DNA of 32,377 bases, taken from contig JAYUUN010000085.1 of NCBI GenBank assembly GCA_043754535.1, positions 1-32,377 of the forward strand. Reading direction: 5' to 3'. The position numbers and the translations under genes were made by a program. This document shows, one piece after another, positions 17,513-26,865 of the stretch. Origin of the DNA: Chloroflexota bacterium. GTDB lineage: Bacteria > Chloroflexota > Chloroflexia > QHBQ01. The notes beneath the pieces were generated by a model. The model worked only from the letters and a program-made list of their open reading frames with translations. It was not told the DNA's origin and made no database searches. Position 1 is the first letter of the stretch; every line of letters starts with the position of its first letter.

Positions 17513-19038
17513 AGGGTGGGGGCAGCCAGCAGCGTCTCCAAAGCATCCTTGGCGGCGGCGGAGTCTACGTTCTTGTCCAGCCGCTTCATCTGCCCTACCA
17601 GCGCGCCGACCACCGTCAGCTTGCCAGACCGATACTTGGCGGCCAGGTCGGGGTTCTCGGCGATCACCTGCTGGGCCATCACCGCCAGCGCGTTGCTGTC
17701 GTTACTGAGCAGCAAGCCCTCCCGCTCGGCCAGGGCTGCCGGGTCAGCAGTGCGGTCGGCGGTGGCGTAGAGAAGCTCCAACAGGGTGATCGCTCCTCCC
17801 TTGTTCAGCTTCCTGTCTAGCAGCAGGCGGATCAGCCCCGCTAGCTGGCGGTCGCTCACCTTGCTCCCCTCGATACCCGCCAAGTTGTCGTCGTGCAAGA
17901 GGCGGGCGAGATCGTTGGTGATCCAGTTAAAGGCCTGCCGCCCATACTCACTGCGCTGCGTTGGGTCGCTGCCCAGGCCGCTGACCACCGCCTCGAAGTA
18001 GTCAGCGGTAGCCCGGCTCTCGGTTAGCTGGCTGGCACGCTCGCGCTCAAGGCCGTACTCGCTGACGAAGCGATTGCGGCGGGCGGTCGGCAACTCTGGC
18101 AGCGTGGCGCGCAACTCGGCCACGTAGCCGTCTGTCACGGTCAGGGCAGGCAGGTCGGGTTCAGGAAAGTAGCGGTAGTCGTTGGCCTCCTCCTTGCTGC
18201 GCTGCGAACGAGTAATGCCCAGTGTCTCAATCCAGCCTCGCGTCTCCTGTACCACCCGCTGGCCGCTGCGGAGGAGGTCGCCCTGCCGCTTAATCTCGTA
18301 CTCCAGCGCATGGAACACTGCGCTGAAGCTGTTCATGTTCTTCACCTCAGCGCGGGTGCCGTACTCCTGCTGCCCACGCGGACGCAGGGAGATGTTCGCG
18401 TCGCAGCGGAAGCTGCCCTCCTCCATATTGCCGGTGCTGACCCCTAGATAGCGCACGATCTGGCGCACCCGCATCAAATATTGGCGTGCTTCCTCTGGGC
18501 TGCTAATGTCTGGCTCACCGACGATCTCCATCAGCGGCACGCCCGCCCTGTTCACGTCCATGATCGTGTATTGCTCACCGCCACGCTCGCGGCCCACATG
18601 GGTCAGCTTGGCGGTGTCCTCCTCCATATGCACGCGGGTGATCCCTAGCCGCTTCGTCCCGCCGTCGGGCAGGTCGATCTCCAACCAGCCCTGGTAGCAA
18701 ATCGGCAGGTCGTACTGCGAAATCTGGTAGCCCTTCATCAAGTCGGGGTAGGGATAGTTCTTGCGGTCGAACTTGCTCCAGGTGGCAATCTGGCAGTTGA
18801 GCGCGAGGCCAGTCTTGATCACCGCCACCACCGCCTGCTGATTGACGACTGGTAGCACCCCCGGCATCCCCAGGCAGATAGGGCAGACGTGGGTGTTGGG
18901 GGCGGCCCCCGCATAGCTGGAGCTACAGGCGCAGAACATCTTGCTAGCAGTCAGCACTTGCGAGTGGACTTCCAGGCCGATAGTCACTTCCAGGTCACTG
19001 TAATCTCGTTCAGTCGCACGTTCTACGGTCGCGGTCAT
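17509..19038 (-). CDS. gatB: Asp-tRNA(Asn)/Glu-tRNA(Gln) amidotransferase subunit B
   Basis: [73 protein letters not shown]. Confidence 0.97.
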   Translation of the reverse strand: MTATVERATERDYSDLEVTIGLEVHSQVLTASKMFCACSSSYAGAAPNTHVCPICLGMPGVLPVVNQQAVVAVIKTGLALNCQIATWSKFDRKNYPYPDLMKGYQISQYDLPICYQGWLEIDLPDGGTKRLGITRVHMEEDTAKLTHVGRERGGEQYTIMDVNRAGVPLMEIVGEPDISSPEEARQYLMRVRQIVRYLGVSTGNMEEGSFRCDANISLRPRGQQEYGTRAEVKNMNSFSAVFHALEYEIKRQGDLLRSGQRVVQETRGWIETLGITRSQRSKEEANDYRYFPEPDLPALTVTDGYVAELRATLPELPTARRNRFVSEYGLERERASQLTESRATADYFEAVVSGLGSDPTQRSEYGRQAFNWITNDLARLLHDDNLAGIEGSKVSDRQLAGLIRLLLDRKLNKGGAITLLELLYATADRTADPAALAEREGLLLSNDSNALAVMAQQVIAENPDLAAKYRSGKLTVVGALVGQMKRLDKNVDSAAAKDALETLLAAPTL

Positions 19039-19104
19039 CGTTCTACCTCATCTATGGGTGGGTGGGATTGCTGCACCCCGGCAAAGATCGCTGTTTCTAG
19101 CTTA

Positions 19105-19161
19105 ATTATAGCCGAAAGAGGCGGCGGGCTGCCAACCAGATCAGCCACTCTATGGTATAAT
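19105..19161. promoter_or_regulatory. Divergent promoter pair (gatB / LCP)
   Basis: Minus strand TATAAT at 19105-19110 and plus strand TGgTATAAT at 19153-19161. Confidence 0.6.
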
Positions 19162-19202
19162 GCTTGCACCTAGCGATGATGGGGAGGAAAAGCGCAGCCT
19201 TT

Positions 19203-20954
19203 ATGAGCGACAATGCGCCTGACGAGCGACGCAAACTTAACCCAGGGGAGATGAGCGGCGACGATGCAGCTACCCGCCCACTGCCCAGTGAGGGCGCAGC
19301 CGCCAGTAGCAGTGGCCCCGCCCGCCGAACCACTGGCGCGCACCCTCGGCGCAATACCCCGCCCACAGGCAGCCCCCGCCGCGATGCTGGCACTGTCGGC
19401 CCGCGCCCTGTTGCGAGCAATGGCAGCCCCGCAAAGGCTGGCAACCAGCAGCGTGCCTCCTCTGCTGCCTTGATCCCCCCGCACTTGCGCCAGGCTGGAG
19501 CTACCCCCGCCGCTACCCCACGCCCAACCCTCGCCGCAGTGCCACCCCACCGCCGCTTTACCTGGAAGCGGCTGATTGCAGTGCTGGCAATCCTACTTCT
19601 CGTTACCACTGGAGCGGTCTACTGGTGGGTGCAAGCCCGCGTCAACCACGTCAGCGAGGTGATCGTGGTTAGCCCGCCCGAAAGACCGCACGTTGACCCG
19701 GTTGGTAATCTGATCCCCACGCCCATGCCAGGGGAACCAACCTTTACTCCCCCTCCGCCTCTACCTGACTGGACTAGCCACCCATTCACCGTCTTGCTGA
19801 TGGGGGTAGACACCCGCCAGAAGTCGCCTGAAATCTGCAAGGGGAACACCCCCACCCCAGACACGCCGAAGGTTTATCCTCGTAGCGACGTGCTGATCCT
19901 GGTCAGGGTTGACCCAGTCAACCACAAGGTCAATATGCTCAGTATCCCCCGCGACCTCTGGGTGAAAATACCAGGCCAGGATGGGGAACACAAAATCAAT
20001 GCTGGCTACGAGTTCGGCGTGTCGCACAACCTACCGGGCGGTGGGCCAGGGTTGGAGACTGTCACTATCGAGCAGAACTTTGGGGTCAAGGTCAACTACT
20101 ACGCGGTGATCAACTTCCAGGGCTTTCAGAAGCTGGTAGATGCCGTCGGCGGCGTAGATACAGACGTACCCTACCCACAGGTGGACGATCAGTACCCCAC
20201 CGAGTGCTATGGTGAGGAGCGGATCATGGTTCCCGCAGGCGTGCAGCACATGGACGGTGCTACCGCCCTCAAGTACGCTCGTTCGCGCCACCTGGACAGC
20301 GACCTGGGCCGCAACCAAAGGCAGCAACGCGTCTTGCTGGCGATCAAGGAGCGCGCCCTACGCTTCCAATCGGCTAGCGACGCAGACAAGATCATCGAGT
20401 CGCTACGTGGTACGATCAGCACCGACTTCACACTCAGCAAAGACCCCCTGGCCCTACTCAACCTTGCGCTCAACACCAAGAACGGTGACATCAAACAGCA
20501 GGGTATTTCGCTGGATAGCGGTATGATTACCCAGGGAGTAAGCGAGGATGGGCAGGACATCCTGGTGCCACAATGGGAGAAGATACGACCAATGATCACC
20601 AGCCTGTTCGATGTTGACCCAATCTGGGCAGAGGGGGCCACAGTCAGGGTGCTGAACGGTACTGAAACAGCAGGGCTAGCTACCCGCACCCAAAAGTTCT
20701 TGCAGCAGCGCGGCTTCGACGCAGGCTCGGTCGGCAACGAGGAGCAACGCGCGGCCAAGACGCGGATCATCAACTACGGCAACAAGCCGAACACCAGCAG
20801 CCAGCTTGCCCGCGACCTCGGCCTCGACCCCAACCAGGACGTGACGGGCGGGCGTGGTGGGCCGGAAGGAGTAGACATCGTGGTGATCCTCGGCGCAGAC
20901 ATGGAGAACAAGCCCTGGAACGTCGTCACCCCCACCCCACCAACCCGCGATTAG
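19203..20954 (+). CDS. LCP (LytR-CpsA-Psr) family glycopolymer transferase with C-terminal LytR_C domain
   Basis: Pro/Arg-rich N-tail, single TM, LLMGVD, RSDVLIL, SIPRDLWV, YARSRH.DSDLGRNQRQQ, VRVLNGT..AGLA. Start uncertain (19178-19251). Confidence 0.93.
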   Translation: MSDNAPDERRKLNPGEMSGDDAATRPLPSEGAAASSSGPARRTTGAHPRRNTPPTGSPRRDAGTVGPRPVASNGSPAKAGNQQRASSAALIPPHLRQAGATPAATPRPTLAAVPPHRRFTWKRLIAVLAILLLVTTGAVYWWVQARVNHVSEVIVVSPPERPHVDPVGNLIPTPMPGEPTFTPPPPLPDWTSHPFTVLLMGVDTRQKSPEICKGNTPTPDTPKVYPRSDVLILVRVDPVNHKVNMLSIPRDLWVKIPGQDGEHKINAGYEFGVSHNLPGGGPGLETVTIEQNFGVKVNYYAVINFQGFQKLVDAVGGVDTDVPYPQVDDQYPTECYGEERIMVPAGVQHMDGATALKYARSRHLDSDLGRNQRQQRVLLAIKERALRFQSASDADKIIESLRGTISTDFTLSKDPLALLNLALNTKNGDIKQQGISLDSGMITQGVSEDGQDILVPQWEKIRPMITSLFDVDPIWAEGATVRVLNGTETAGLATRTQKFLQQRGFDAGSVGNEEQRAAKTRIINYGNKPNTSSQLARDLGLDPNQDVTGGRGGPEGVDIVVILGADMENKPWNVVTPTPPTRD

Positions 20955-20985
20955 CCAGGGCAGTGCTGAGGGCAGAGCCGTGCGC

Positions 20986-21939
20986 CTACACCTGCTTGAA
21001 CAGCATCCCCACGCTAGCCCCAGTGTGGATGCGCTGGATCGTCTCACCCAGCAAGTTGGCGACGCTGAGGACGGTGATGTTAGGCAGTTGGTTAGCGGCG
21101 GTCAAGGGGATGGTGTCGGTGGTGACGATTTCCTTGATCTGGCTGTCGGCTAGCCGCTTCGCTGCCGGGCCGCTGAAGACCGGGTGGACGCAGCAGGCGT
21201 AGACCTCGGTTGCGCCAAACTCCAAGACCGCCCGCGCAGCCTGGGTGATGCTGCCAGCGGTATCTATTTCGTCGTCAACCAGGATCGCCGGTTGACCATC
21301 CACGCTGCCGATTATACTCATCACCTCGCTCGTATCCGCGTTGCCCACCCGCCGCTTCTCCACGATGGCTATACTAGCCCCCAGGCTGTCGGCGAAGCTG
21401 CGCGCCCGCTTGACGCTGCCCAGGTCGGGGGAGACTACGACCGGGTTGACCAGCCGCTTCTGCTTGAAGTATTCTGTGAGGATGAAGGTGGCGGTCAGTT
21501 CGTCCACCGGGATGTTGAAGAAGCCCTGGATTTGGCCTGCGTGCAGGTCGAGGGTCAGCACCCGATCTGCCCCAGCGACGGTGATCATGTCGGCGATCAG
21601 GCGAGCGGTGATCGGCACGCGGGGCTGATCCTTCTTATCAGTGCGCCCATAGCTGTAGTAGGGGATCACGGCGGTGATCCGCCCTGCACTAGCTCTCTTC
21701 ATCGCATCGATGATGATCAGCAACTCCATGATGCTGCGGTTGACTGGCGTGCAGGTGGGTTGGATGATGAAGACATCGTTCTCGCGCACGCTCTCGTTAA
21801 TCTTGACAAAGATGTTTTCGTTGCTAAACTCGAATACCTCCATCCGACCCAGCGGCACGCCAACGTAGCGGCAGATCGCCTTCGCCAATTCAGGGTTGGC
21901 ATTGCCGGTGAAGATGCTCAACTCGTCGTACAAACCCAT
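20986..21939 (-). CDS. prs: Ribose-phosphate pyrophosphokinase
   Basis: FTGNANPELA, DAMKRASA, PYYSYGR.DKK, DLHAGQIQGFF, VSPDLG, VDDEIDTAGS. ATG 21939. Confidence 0.97.
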   Translation of the reverse strand: MGLYDELSIFTGNANPELAKAICRYVGVPLGRMEVFEFSNENIFVKINESVRENDVFIIQPTCTPVNRSIMELLIIIDAMKRASAGRITAVIPYYSYGRTDKKDQPRVPITARLIADMITVAGADRVLTLDLHAGQIQGFFNIPVDELTATFILTEYFKQKRLVNPVVVSPDLGSVKRARSFADSLGASIAIVEKRRVGNADTSEVMSIIGSVDGQPAILVDDEIDTAGSITQAARAVLEFGATEVYACCVHPVFSGPAAKRLADSQIKEIVTTDTIPLTAANQLPNITVLSVANLLGETIQRIHTGASVGMLFKQV

Positions 21940-21994
21940 CTCGTCTCCCCTTTGCTCTCCTGGTCTGCTGTGGCTGCTTGCTTGTGGCAAGCGT

Positions 21995-22023
21995 AGTTTA
22001 ACACATCTAGCAGCAGTCGTGAA
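21995..22023 (-). promoter_or_regulatory. Possible promoter for prs
   Basis: Minus strand TTCACG-N17-TAAACT with TGn extension. Confidence 0.5.
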
Positions 22024-22032
22024 CGGGCGGAG

Positions 22033-22581
22033 CTAGGTAGTGGCTACTATTGCCTGCCACTCTGGAAGAAGGATGCTCATGATCCAGACATCGTGGTACT
22101 GCCCATCGCGGAACAGGGCCTCGCGCTCAGTGCCTTCCAGGGTGAAGCCAACCTTCTCATAACTGCGGATGGCGCGAGCGTTGAAGGCGTAGACATTGAG
22201 GTGGATGCGGTGGAGGTTCAGTTCGCCAAAGCCGTACTCTAGCAGCACTTGCAGCGCGGCGGTGCCGTAGCCCCGCCCCAGGTAGTCGTGTTCGCCAACG
22301 ACGATGCCCACTTCTGCCTGGCGGCTACGCCAGTCTGGTTTGTGGATCGCACAGTTGCCGATCAACAGGGGTTCTGGGCCGTCAATCGCTTCGATAGCGA
22401 AGGTGTAGTTGCCGCTCTCTGCTTCGTGCCTGATCCAGGCTTCCTCCTCGGCCACGCTGTAGGGGCGAGGGCTGACCAGGTTGCGAGTAATCTCAAAGTC
22501 GTTGAACCAGCGAGCGTAGACAGTAGCATCCTCAAGGCGCAACTCGCGCAGGCGCACCTTGCCGTTCGCAAAGGTGTACAT
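22033..22581 (-). CDS. GNAT N-acetyltransferase (RimJ/RimL/SpeG-like), copy 3
   Basis: VRLR, AEVGIVVGE..YLGRGYGT, FGELNLHRI.L.V..FNARAIRSYEKVGF. TGATG overlap with copy 2. Confidence 0.92.
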   Translation of the reverse strand: MYTFANGKVRLRELRLEDATVYARWFNDFEITRNLVSPRPYSVAEEEAWIRHEAESGNYTFAIEAIDGPEPLLIGNCAIHKPDWRSRQAEVGIVVGEHDYLGRGYGTAALQVLLEYGFGELNLHRIHLNVYAFNARAIRSYEKVGFTLEGTEREALFRDGQYHDVWIMSILLPEWQAIVATT

Positions 22582-23156
22582 CAGCAGTTCTCCGCGGCCT
22601 GCGGGTTTTGCGCTCCACTTACCAGTGCATCCCACTCTGGACGCAGGATACGCATCTGCACATCATCGTGGTACTGCCCTTCGCGGTAGAAGGACTGGCG
22701 GCGGCGGCCCTCGTGCTTGAATCCGACCTTCTCATAGCTGCGGATCGCCCGCTCGTTGAAGGAGAGGACTTGCAGGTAGATGCGGTGGTAGTTGAGTTCG
22801 CCGAAGCCATATTCTAGCAGCAGGCGCATTGCCGCTGGGCCATAGCCCTTGCCCAGGCACGCACGGTCACCAATCATAATGCCCAGTTCGGCCTGGCGGC
22901 TGCGCTGATCGACGTGGTAGAAGCCGACATTGCCGATGTGCTTCGACTCTGGGCGGTCAATCGCCTCGACGGCAAAGATTGGCTCGCCGCCATGCGCCAG
23001 CCCGCTTACCCAGTTACGCTGGAACTCCAGGCTGGTCGGGCCGTAGGTGCTGAGGTTGCGCGAAATCTTGGTGTCGGCATACCAAAGCACGTAGTCTTCT
23101 GCATCTGCCATGTTGATTGCCCGCAGGCGCACGCGGTCGTTCGCAAAGCTAAACAT
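22581..23156 (-). CDS. GNAT N-acetyltransferase, copy 2
   Basis: AELGIMIGD..CLGKGYG, FGELNYHRI, FNERAIRSYEKVGF. Confidence 0.92.
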   Translation of the reverse strand: MFSFANDRVRLRAINMADAEDYVLWYADTKISRNLSTYGPTSLEFQRNWVSGLAHGGEPIFAVEAIDRPESKHIGNVGFYHVDQRSRQAELGIMIGDRACLGKGYGPAAMRLLLEYGFGELNYHRIYLQVLSFNERAIRSYEKVGFKHEGRRRQSFYREGQYHDDVQMRILRPEWDALVSGAQNPQAAENC

Positions 23157-23712
23157 TGCCCTCACCTACCTTCTCGTACAAAGCCTGCCACTCTGGGCGC
23201 AGGATGCCCATCAGGTAGCTATGGGTGAAGCGACCGTCGCGGTAAACGTCGTCGTCAAGAGTCGCTTCCAGCTTGAAGCCAACCTTCTCATAACTGCGGA
23301 TGGCGCGGGCGTTGAAGCCGAGGACGAACAGTTGCACACGGTGCAAATTAAGTTCGCCAAAGGCATATTCGAGCAGCAGGCGGGTGGCCGCTGTGCCGTA
23401 GCCACGATCCCAGCAATCCTTCTCGCCAATAGTGATGCTGAACTCGGTGCTGGCGTTGCGCCAGTCGGGTTCGCGCAGGCTGCAAGTACCAATGTGGCGG
23501 GGCTGGTCACCCTGATCGAGTGCCTCTATGCAGAAGAAGTAGCCTTCGTTGACTACGCGCTCCAAGCGTCGGGCTGCGCCTTCTGTGCTGTAGCGGCGGA
23601 TGCTAAGCTGGGTGTAACCAACCTCTGGGTCGTTCCACCAGCGGGTGAATCGTTCCAGGTCGTTGGGGTCGTAAGCCCGCAGGCGCACGCGCTGATCCTT
23701 GAATATGTACAT
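23149..23712 (-). CDS. GNAT N-acetyltransferase, copy 1
   Basis: EFSITIGEKDCWDRGYGT, FGELNLHRV, FNARAIRSYEKVGF. Confidence 0.92.
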   Translation of the reverse strand: MYIFKDQRVRLRAYDPNDLERFTRWWNDPEVGYTQLSIRRYSTEGAARRLERVVNEGYFFCIEALDQGDQPRHIGTCSLREPDWRNASTEFSITIGEKDCWDRGYGTAATRLLLEYAFGELNLHRVQLFVLGFNARAIRSYEKVGFKLEATLDDDVYRDGRFTHSYLMGILRPEWQALYEKVGEGNV

Positions 23713-23714
23713 CT

Positions 23715-24479
23715 TTATTCCTTCCCCCTCCCTGCATAGGGAAGGTAGGGCGAGGTTAACTGCTCTACTTCGTCGCGCACTTCTGGTGAGGGTGGCGGCG
23801 CGATCTGCTCAAGCGCGCTGATTGCAGCGTGAGCAGCAACGGCTTCGGCCTGCTGCTTGTTGCGGGCCGTTCCCGCGCCCAGCACGCCGAGGTCGGCCAC
23901 GCTAACCTCTACGCTGAACTCCAAGGCGTGGCCGGGGCCAGTAGTCGCAACCAGGTGGTAGACAGGCTGCACGTGGTAGCGGTTCTGGGCCACCTGCATC
24001 AGCAGCCCTTTTGGGTCGCCGCGCAAGGCTGCTTCAGGGTCAGCAGCCTCTACCAGCGGGAGCAGGATCGCCTCGACTGCTGTCAACCCCCCATCTGCAT
24101 CCAACAGCACTGCGCCAAGCAGAGCTTCAAATACGCTAGCGAGGATACGCGGGCTGCTGCGCCCTGCACTCTGCTCAACACCCCTGCTCATCTGCAAGAG
24201 GTCGCCGAGGCCGAACTGCGCCGCCCAGCCTGCCAGTGTCTCACGCCGCACCAGGGCAGAGCGCATGATCGTCAAGTTGCCCTCTCCCTGGCTAGGGTAA
24301 CGCTGATAGAGCCAACGGGCAGTGATCAGGCCCAGGGCAGCGTCGCCGAGGAACTCCAGCCGCTCGTTACTCGCCTGCTGGCGGTCGCTGGCCGAGCGGT
24401 GGACGAGGGCTTGTGCCAGCAAGGCGGGGGCAGCGAAGCGGTAGCCGAGGGTGGCTTGCAGGGCATCCAGGTCAGCCAT
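23715..24479 (-). CDS. rnc: Ribonuclease III
   Basis: ALVHRS, NERLEFLGDA, FEALLGAV, and dsRBD DPKG.L...G.ARNKQQAE..AA. Confidence 0.95.
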   Translation of the reverse strand: MADLDALQATLGYRFAAPALLAQALVHRSASDRQQASNERLEFLGDAALGLITARWLYQRYPSQGEGNLTIMRSALVRRETLAGWAAQFGLGDLLQMSRGVEQSAGRSSPRILASVFEALLGAVLLDADGGLTAVEAILLPLVEAADPEAALRGDPKGLLMQVAQNRYHVQPVYHLVATTGPGHALEFSVEVSVADLGVLGAGTARNKQQAEAVAAHAAISALEQIAPPPSPEVRDEVEQLTSPYLPYAGRGKE

Positions 24480-24987
24480 TGCTACTTGCTACCTCTTGCA
24501 GCACCTGATCCAGGCTGGTACCAGCCATCTGTGCGGCAGTCGCCAGCCGCTCCCAGTTCACCGCGAAGTAGTAGGTGTAGGGACGCACTTGCGCGACTGG
24601 CAGGCCGTGCGCTTCCAGTTGCGGGTCGGCAGAGACAGCGGGGGCGGTGGTGTCCTCCTCACTACGCACGCTGGCAAGGTCGGTGCGAACAAGATAGCGT
24701 ACCAGCAGATCGGCCATCGTATTGTGCAGCGAATTGGTATCCTTCAGGGCAAGTTCAGCACCCTGGCCCCGTAGGCTGGCAGCCTGAGCCAGCGCGTCAG
24801 AGAAGATCGGCAGGTTTGCGGGCAAGGCGGCCTGCTCCTGCCCCACGGGGTTCGGTGCGTTCTCGCCCATTATGTCGCCCGCATCTACGTTGATCTGGCG
24901 GGTAGTCAGTTCGTTGTACTTCTCCTCAATTGCCAGCAGGCGGTGGTTGACGATGTAATCCAGCAGCTTCTCGACAGCATGGGCCAT
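24472..24987 (-). CDS. Hypothetical protein
   Basis: ATG with GAGGAGG RBS, own promoter, overlaps the rnc start, globular-looking composition. No family recognised. Confidence 0.8.
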   Translation of the reverse strand: MAHAVEKLLDYIVNHRLLAIEEKYNELTTRQINVDAGDIMGENAPNPVGQEQAALPANLPIFSDALAQAASLRGQGAELALKDTNSLHNTMADLLVRYLVRTDLASVRSEEDTTAPAVSADPQLEAHGLPVAQVRPYTYYFAVNWERLATAAQMAGTSLDQVLQEVASSNG

Positions 24988-25016
24988 AGCGGTATCCCTC
25001 CTCGGTTGGTGCTGGC

Positions 25017-25045
25017 ATTATAAACCATCGCTGATGAGGCGGCAA
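25017..25045 (-). promoter_or_regulatory. Sigma70 promoter for the hypothetical-rnc-GNAT operon
   Basis: Minus strand TTGCCG-N17-TATAAT. Confidence 0.7.
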
Positions 25046-25117
25046 TACGCCATTGGCTGGAGGAACGGCGAGTCGGCGGGGCAGACAGGGTGCTTGTAGG
25101 CGCGACCCGCAGCAGTT

Positions 25118-25126
25118 TGGTATAAT
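25118..25126 (+). promoter_or_regulatory. Extended -10 promoter, probably leaderless
   Basis: TGgTATAAT, then 6 nt, then ATG 25133. Confidence 0.7.
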
Positions 25127-25132
25127 AGGGGC

Positions 25133-25960
25133 ATGGTGAACATGGCGACAGCAGCAACGAGCGAAGAACCAGCCAGCGAGGTGCTGACCAGCCTACGAGC
25201 GCAGGGCGTGCAGTCGCGCTTCACCAGCGTCGGTGGGCTACGGACGCACTACCTGGCGGCGGGGCTGGACAAGACCACCACCCCGCTGATCCTGGTACAT
25301 GGCATGGGCATGAGCGCAGAATACTGGGTGAACAATATCGCACCGCTAGCCCAGCAACACCCCGTCTACGCCCCTACCTTCTGGGGCCACGGCTGGTCGG
25401 CAGGGCAACCCCTGCTGCGCCACACCCTCAGCAACTTCGTCGCCTTCCTCTACCGCTTCCTGCGCGAAATGGGCGTTGCCCGCGCCAACCTGATCGGCCA
25501 CTCGATGGGCGGCCACATTGCGGCTCGCTTCGCGGTAGAGTACCCCGGCGTGGTTGACCGCCTGCTGCTGGCCGACGCTGCTGGGCTACACCGCCGTGAG
25601 CCATTCGCCGTGGCGGCGGCCAGCAGCTTTCTTGATGCTGATATGTTCAACCCCACCTATCGTCAACTGGCGATGCGCCTCGGCCAGCAGTCGTGGCTGG
25701 TGCAGCGACAGGGCGATACCATCCGCATGGTCTTTCGCAGTACCCTCGATCAGGCACAACTAGGCCGTATTACCGCCCCAACCCTGCTCGTTTGGGGCAG
25801 GCATGACCGCCTCGTACCGCTGCGCTACAGCGAAGACTGGTTGCGGGGGATCGCAGGCTCGCGCCTGGTCGTCCTTGATAGCAGCCATACGGTAATGTAC
25901 CACAAGCCAGCCGAGTTCAACTGCCTCGTCCTCGACTTCTGCAAGGGGGGTTTAGCCTGA
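25133..25960 (+). CDS. Alpha/beta hydrolase, copy 1
   Basis: LVHG, GHGWS, GHSMGG nucleophile elbow, WGRHDRLVP, SSH. Confidence 0.92.
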   Translation: MVNMATAATSEEPASEVLTSLRAQGVQSRFTSVGGLRTHYLAAGLDKTTTPLILVHGMGMSAEYWVNNIAPLAQQHPVYAPTFWGHGWSAGQPLLRHTLSNFVAFLYRFLREMGVARANLIGHSMGGHIAARFAVEYPGVVDRLLLADAAGLHRREPFAVAAASSFLDADMFNPTYRQLAMRLGQQSWLVQRQGDTIRMVFRSTLDQAQLGRITAPTLLVWGRHDRLVPLRYSEDWLRGIAGSRLVVLDSSHTVMYHKPAEFNCLVLDFCKGGLA

Positions 25961-26814
25961 TGTTGCGCGCCATTCGCCAGCCGACCAGCTCACCCGCTAG
26001 TGAAGTTCTCGACAAGCTAGAGGCGCAAGGCGTACACTCTGGCTTTGTAGAAGTCAACGGTCTGCCCACCCACTACCTGGCTGCCGGGCTAGATCGGCCC
26101 GCCACCCCGATCCTGCTCGTGCATGGCATGATGGCGAGTTGCGAATACTGGGTCAACAACATCGCAGCCCTGGCCGAACACCACCCGGTCTACGCCCTCT
26201 CGTTCTGGGGGCATGGCTGGTCGGCGGGGCAGTTCGACCACAAGCACACCCTCGCCAACTTCGTTACCTACCTGCGCCGCTTCATGCAAGAGGTTGGTTT
26301 GCAGAAGGTAAACCTGGTCGGCCACTCGATGGGCGGTCACATAGCCGCCCGCTTCGCTATCGAACACCCGCTGCGGGTAAATCGGCTGCTGCTGGTCAGC
26401 GCGGCAGGCCTCAAGCGCAACGTGCCGACCGACTGGGCTAACCTGCGCGAGAGCTTCAACCCAGCCCTGTTCAGCGTCACCTACCGCATGATGATGCTGC
26501 GCCTCAATATGCAGGCGATGGCCGCCCAGACCCAGGGCCACACCCTGCGGATGATCTTCCGCGACACATTGGATGAGGAACTGGGCCAAATCGTTGCCCC
26601 CACCCTGCTGATCTGGGGCCGCTACGACTCGCTGGTGCCGTTGGGCTATAGCGAACGCTGGCTGCGCGGCATCCAGGACGCACGGCTAGCCGTGGTTGAC
26701 AGCGGCCACACCTTGCAGTACCATGCGCCAGACGAGTTTAACGAACTGGTGTTGGACTTTTGCAAAGAGTATCCGCGCCCTCGCTCGCTCGCCCAGTTGA
26801 TGAACACGGCCTAG
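25960..26814 (+). CDS. Alpha/beta hydrolase, copy 2
   Basis: Same motifs (GHSMGGHIAARFA, WGRYDSLVP, SGH). TGATG overlap with copy 1. Confidence 0.92.
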   Translation: MLRAIRQPTSSPASEVLDKLEAQGVHSGFVEVNGLPTHYLAAGLDRPATPILLVHGMMASCEYWVNNIAALAEHHPVYALSFWGHGWSAGQFDHKHTLANFVTYLRRFMQEVGLQKVNLVGHSMGGHIAARFAIEHPLRVNRLLLVSAAGLKRNVPTDWANLRESFNPALFSVTYRMMMLRLNMQAMAAQTQGHTLRMIFRDTLDEELGQIVAPTLLIWGRYDSLVPLGYSERWLRGIQDARLAVVDSGHTLQYHAPDEFNELVLDFCKEYPRPRSLAQLMNTA

Positions 26815-26865
26815 AGCAGTAGCCCTTTGCCGAAAGCAGGTAGTAGAGTCCAGAAGGAGATAGTT

